This document shows positions 14,336-16,606 of a stretch of 16,606 nucleotides of DNA, piece after piece. A program made the translations under genes and the position numbers. The notes beneath the pieces were generated by a model. The model was given only the letters and a program-made list of their open reading frames with translations, ran no database searches and was not told where the DNA came from. Position 1 is the stretch's first letter; each line of letters opens with the position of its first letter. Source of the DNA: a virus; IMG/VR virus record IMGVR_UViG_3300028516_000021. The stretch is one strand, 5' to 3'.

Positions 14336-14758
14336 TCAGACAAGCGTCAACTTGTAGAACCGGTTCTTGCCGGACCCCTCCTCAGTCACTCTCACCTTGA
14401 GCGGAGCAGGCCACTGGGAGGGCTCACCCAGCAGGGTGAGGATACGCTTGGCCGCGTTGAAGATCGGCCCGGAGAACGCTTGGAAAGCGTCACCAGAGGG
14501 TGTGATGAAGATGGTCCGCACAGCAGGCTCGATCTCACCGGTCTTCTCATTGACGAACTCAGTCGACTCGATCACCAGGTCCGCGATCTCGAACGGCTTG
14601 CCGGAAAGGTCGGAAACCGGCTTAGCGTCATTGACGGCGTTGAAAATCTTCGCCTTCGTCTCGAAGTCGTCGCCCTTAACGGTGGTGAAAATACCGTTAG
14701 CGGCGTTCATTCCAGCGAGCGGGTTAGCGGCGGTAGCGGTGGTAATCTCGGTACTCAT
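14336..14758 (-). CDS. Single-stranded DNA-binding protein, phi29 p5-like, 140 aa
   Basis: FETKAKIFNAVN, AVRTIFITPSGDAFQAFSGPIFNAAKRILTLLG and PLKVRVTEEGSGKNRFYKLTL parallel remembered phi29 p5 ([64 protein letters not shown]). It lies just upstream of TP and polymerase. Strong SD GGAGGAAG. Confidence 0.7.
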   Translation of the reverse strand: MSTEITTATAANPLAGMNAANGIFTTVKGDDFETKAKIFNAVNDAKPVSDLSGKPFEIADLVIESTEFVNEKTGEIEPAVRTIFITPSGDAFQAFSGPIFNAAKRILTLLGEPSQWPAPLKVRVTEEGSGKNRFYKLTLV

Positions 14759-14770
14759 TTGGTCTTCCTC

Positions 14771-15121
14771 CTAGAAGAGTGTCTCTTGATTGTCCTGTTC
14801 CGTGTTCTTTTCTGGTGCTGGTACCGCTAGGAACAGAGGTTTAGCGGCCCAGAAAACTAGCAGAGAAAGCATTTCCTGCTCAGTAGGTGCTTGATCATGC
14901 CCGTATGCAACTGTGATTACGTCACGTCCCTTAGGCTTAACATTGACCAAAACACTGTTAAAGTCAACGCGGCGGGAAACGGTACCATATTCACATGTAT
15001 AGAACGTGTCCGATACGGTTGAGTACCTGATAACCCGGAACTTATGCGGATCGAGTTGCTCATCAATCGCCAACCAGTACGTAATATTCGGTACCAGAGT
15101 ATCGTTCAACTGTTGAGCCAT
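14771..15121 (-). CDS. Hypothetical early protein, 116 aa, with C-terminal hydrophobic segment
   Basis: ATG 15121 follows GAGGAAACGTTC. It abuts the SSB gene. The C-terminal MLSLLVFWAAKPLFLAVPAP is hydrophobic and is followed by an acidic tail. I recognise no family. Confidence 0.6.
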   Translation of the reverse strand: MAQQLNDTLVPNITYWLAIDEQLDPHKFRVIRYSTVSDTFYTCEYGTVSRRVDFNSVLVNVKPKGRDVITVAYGHDQAPTEQEMLSLLVFWAAKPLFLAVPAPEKNTEQDNQETLF

Positions 15122-15336
15122 GAACGTTTCCTCGGATGATCCTCCACGTGGATGAAAGTCTCCTTGAGACGCCGCGCCGTCATGCCGTACACGCTAGCGA
15201 ACTTCTGACGGTCCGTCACCCGCGTAGGACACCCACCAGGCACCCACAACCCCTCCACCTTCTCAATGATGAGGCTACCCGACCAAAGCGGCCCCTCATG
15301 CTCGCGTATCTCCTTCTCAGAGAGTCCAGACTTCAT
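15106..15336 (-). CDS. Hypothetical early protein, 76 aa (alternative start 15396 gives 96 aa)
   Basis: ATG 15336 has the best SD in the region (AGGAGG, 8-nt spacer). ATG 15396 has none. The start choice is uncertain. Nearly every other gene here has a GGAG-type SD. Confidence 0.5.
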   Translation of the reverse strand: MKSGLSEKEIREHEGPLWSGSLIIEKVEGLWVPGGCPTRVTDRQKFASVYGMTARRLKETFIHVEDHPRKRSWLNS

Positions 15337-15426
15337 ACTCAATCCCTCCTGGCTGACAGATTCGATCAATTGCTTGCGTAACCGATTCCCCGGCATACAC
15401 CATTTTGGTCCCGATAAAGACTGTAA

Positions 15427-15639
15427 TCACAGTTCCCGAATATCGATAGTCAGTTCCACCTTGTCCAGTGGTGACCTGAACTGACTGTAGGCCCGATCTA
15501 TCGCCGTCCCCAACCTCTCCAACCTGTGATCGCAATTCACCTGTTCCAGAAACTCCGCCGCTGCAACGAACGACCATGTTCTAAACAACTCCTCCCCATC
15601 ATCGAGAATAATAAACTCTTCATTTCTTGATCTGAACAT
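15427..15639 (-). CDS. Hypothetical early protein, 70 aa
   Basis: The only ATG that avoids a long overlap with the upstream gene is at 15639 (MFRSRNEEFIILDDGEELF...). The product reads as a helical protein. Third-position A usage is 13/70, lower than the 24/86 of the competing overlapping ORF 15317..15577. The SD is weak (GGCGGCGG). Confidence 0.45.
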   Translation of the reverse strand: MFRSRNEEFIILDDGEELFRTWSFVAAAEFLEQVNCDHRLERLGTAIDRAYSQFRSPLDKVELTIDIREL

Positions 15640-15886
15640 CCGCCGCCGCCATAACCGTTGCCGCCAAAATATCGCCGCGCATCTCATCTTCATACATTGT
15701 GAGAAAGGAAGGAACAAAAGTAACGCCCTTTTCATTAACAATGAAATAACTAGCGCGCGGATGGTTACCAATCCTAATTGCAGTATCCGTATCAGACGGA
15801 TGTGTACAATTCACGAAATGATATTTAATTGACAGGCGCTCAAGCGTATTAATGAGAATCAGCAATGTCCTATAACGCTTACTCAT
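15620..15886 (-). CDS. Hypothetical early protein, 88 aa
   Basis: ATG 15886 overlaps the upstream stop (ATGAGTAA), which suggests translational coupling. It lies in an AT-rich patch. I recognise no family. Confidence 0.55.
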   Translation of the reverse strand: MSKRYRTLLILINTLERLSIKYHFVNCTHPSDTDTAIRIGNHPRASYFIVNEKGVTFVPSFLTMYEDEMRGDILAATVMAAADVQIKK

Positions 15887-16178
15887 TTAAACTAACCAAC
15901 CTCTTAATCACGTCTTCCGGTTGCCTGTGCAGGTCGCAAATCATTCTGAACAAGTCGATATAGCACGTCATTACATTAATGCATTCAATTGAGCCGTTAA
16001 CACAGCCGTCATAAACGATAATCCCATCAGGATCAAATGAATTAATGTAAATTGTTGCTAGACACCCTCCTGCTGAATTATAGATATTAACACGATTCTT
16101 GTAAACGGTCGCGTAATAGAAAAGATAGTCAGCAATCAAGTAAATGAATTGCGTTAACCTATCAATGTCAGTCATCAT
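15879..16178 (-). CDS. Hypothetical early protein, 99 aa
   Basis: ATGATG at 16178/16175 overlaps the upstream stop and is preceded by AGGGGTG. The track start at 16211 is a TTG. The product is rich in Tyr, Ile and Cys and the region is AT-rich. I recognise no family. Confidence 0.55.
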   Translation of the reverse strand: MMTDIDRLTQFIYLIADYLFYYATVYKNRVNIYNSAGGCLATIYINSFDPDGIIVYDGCVNGSIECINVMTCYIDLFRMICDLHRQPEDVIKRLVSLNE

Positions 16179-16446
16179 CACCCCTAAGAACCGACACAAG
16201 TTCATCCGCAATCATCTCAGCCAAATACGGCTCACCTTCACCCTGAACCGCCTCAATCGAAAGAACATGCTCACCAAAACCAGTCCGCTTCCGATTAATA
16301 ATCGCAACAAACTCAGCCGACGCATCCTCCGTCCAAATCGTCAGAGCATTGTCCTCAAACTCCATCGAAGGAGAATAACCCTCCTCAATAAGGTTATTGA
16401 AGACATTCGTGATTGCAGTCCGTGAGACCTTTGCAATATCCATCAT
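16168..16446 (-). CDS. Strongly acidic early protein, 92 aa, first gene inward of the right ITR
   Basis: ATGATG at 16446/16443 follows GAGAGGAGAGGA. By hand count it has 19 Asp/Glu and 6 Lys/Arg, and it ends in GDDD. The track ORF extension to 16566 runs into the ITR and over the predicted promoter, so I trimmed it. Confidence 0.6.
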   Translation of the reverse strand: MMDIAKVSRTAITNVFNNLIEEGYSPSMEFEDNALTIWTEDASAEFVAIINRKRTGFGEHVLSIEAVQGEGEPYLAEMIADELVSVLRGDDD

Positions 16447-16479
16447 TCCTCTCCTCTCGCCGTGGTGCCCTTCACCTCC

Positions 16480-16606
16480 TGGCGATGACTCAATAGTACA
16501 CGAACCGATATTCGATTCAAGTCCAGAACGTGTGATGCCGGTCACTAACGGAACAGGCGGTAGCAAACCGAGCGGTAAGAGTCAAGAGAAGAGAGTGAAG
16601 TGTGAG
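16480..16606. repeat. Right inverted terminal repeat (127 bp)
   Basis: Exact reverse complement of 1..127, checked by hand in 10-mers. Confidence 0.95.
16493..16520 (-). promoter_or_regulatory. Right-end copy of the ITR promoter, firing inward into the early operon
   Basis: Mirror image of 87..114: TTGAAT (16520-16515), 16 nt, TACTAT (16498-16493) on the minus strand. It lies about 45 nt upstream of the first early ATG. Confidence 0.4.

Noticed and set aside
15337-15426. A possible internal promoter in the 90-nt gap before the 76-aa ORF
   Set aside because: The best hexamers (TTGATC with GGGATT, TTACGC with TGTCAG) are poor -10 matches. The gap may simply be coding if the true start is ATG 15396. 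No call is made.
15317-15577. An 86-aa minus-strand ORF that would fill the 15337..15426 gap and has GGGGAGGAG 11 nt upstream
   Set aside because: It overlaps two better candidates by 150 nt and 20 nt. Its third-position A usage (24/86) is at random level, against 13/70 for the competing frame. The product is Gly-rich and odd-looking, and the apparent SD is simply the GEE codons of the other frame. Only conservation or Ribo-seq data could exclude it fully.
16447-16479. A 10-codon upstream mini-ORF (GTG AAG GGC ... GAA TGA) whose stop overlaps the ATGATG of the first early gene
   Set aside because: The GTG directly abuts the GGAG with no spacer, so it is unlikely to initiate. It is probably a coincidence of two SD-like purine runs in the leader.
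16447-16566. The N-terminal extension of the first early ORF into the right ITR (track ORF 16168..16566)
   Set aside because: The extension would be translated from ITR sequence that includes the predicted promoter, so it would lie upstream of the likely transcription start. The internal ATGATG at 16446 has a strong SD. The same ITR sequence at the left end is not used as coding.
1-16606. Lysogeny or mobile-element functions, tRNAs, CRISPR arrays
   Set aside because: I looked for integrase, recombinase, transposase or repressor-like ORFs, cloverleaf-sized non-coding gaps and spaced direct repeats, and found none. All gaps are 135 nt or shorter and are occupied by hairpins or SDs. The element reads as a strictly lytic phage. 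The 55-aa RHH protein is the only DNA-binding regulator candidate.

Overview
The window appears to be a complete linear genome (16,606 bp) of a small protein-primed podovirus of the phi29 / Cp-1 / Av-1 type. Perfect 127-bp inverted terminal repeats (ITRs) sit at both exact window ends. The replication module is a p5-like SSB, a terminal protein and a family-B protein-primed DNA polymerase. It is followed on the same strand by a small ribbon-helix-helix protein, an intrinsic terminator, and a phi29-collinear late module. That module holds scaffold, major capsid with an Ig-like C-terminus, tail knob, portal, lower collar, appendage, tail lysin and gp16-like packaging ATPase. A lysis cassette (two small membrane proteins plus a CHAP endolysin) ends the minus-strand series and is much more GC-rich than the rest of the genome. 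I call 23 genes. Twenty-one are on the minus strand, read from the right end to the left. Two small genes read inward from the left ITR and converge on the endolysin at a strong bidirectional hairpin. I found no tRNA, CRISPR array, integrase, repressor or transposase. The points most worth follow-up:
- a sigma-A-like promoter duplicated inside the ITR
- six unrecognisable early ORFs at the right end, including a very acidic first gene and an AT-rich patch
- the mosaic GC-rich lysis cassette
- an appendage protein carrying SGNH-esterase motifs
- an RHH gene plus terminator placed directly before the late genes, with no visible late promoter
- no obvious room for a phi29-type pRNA gene

All homology statements come from reading the translations against remembered family motifs and remembered phi29 protein sequences. 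They are not database searches.
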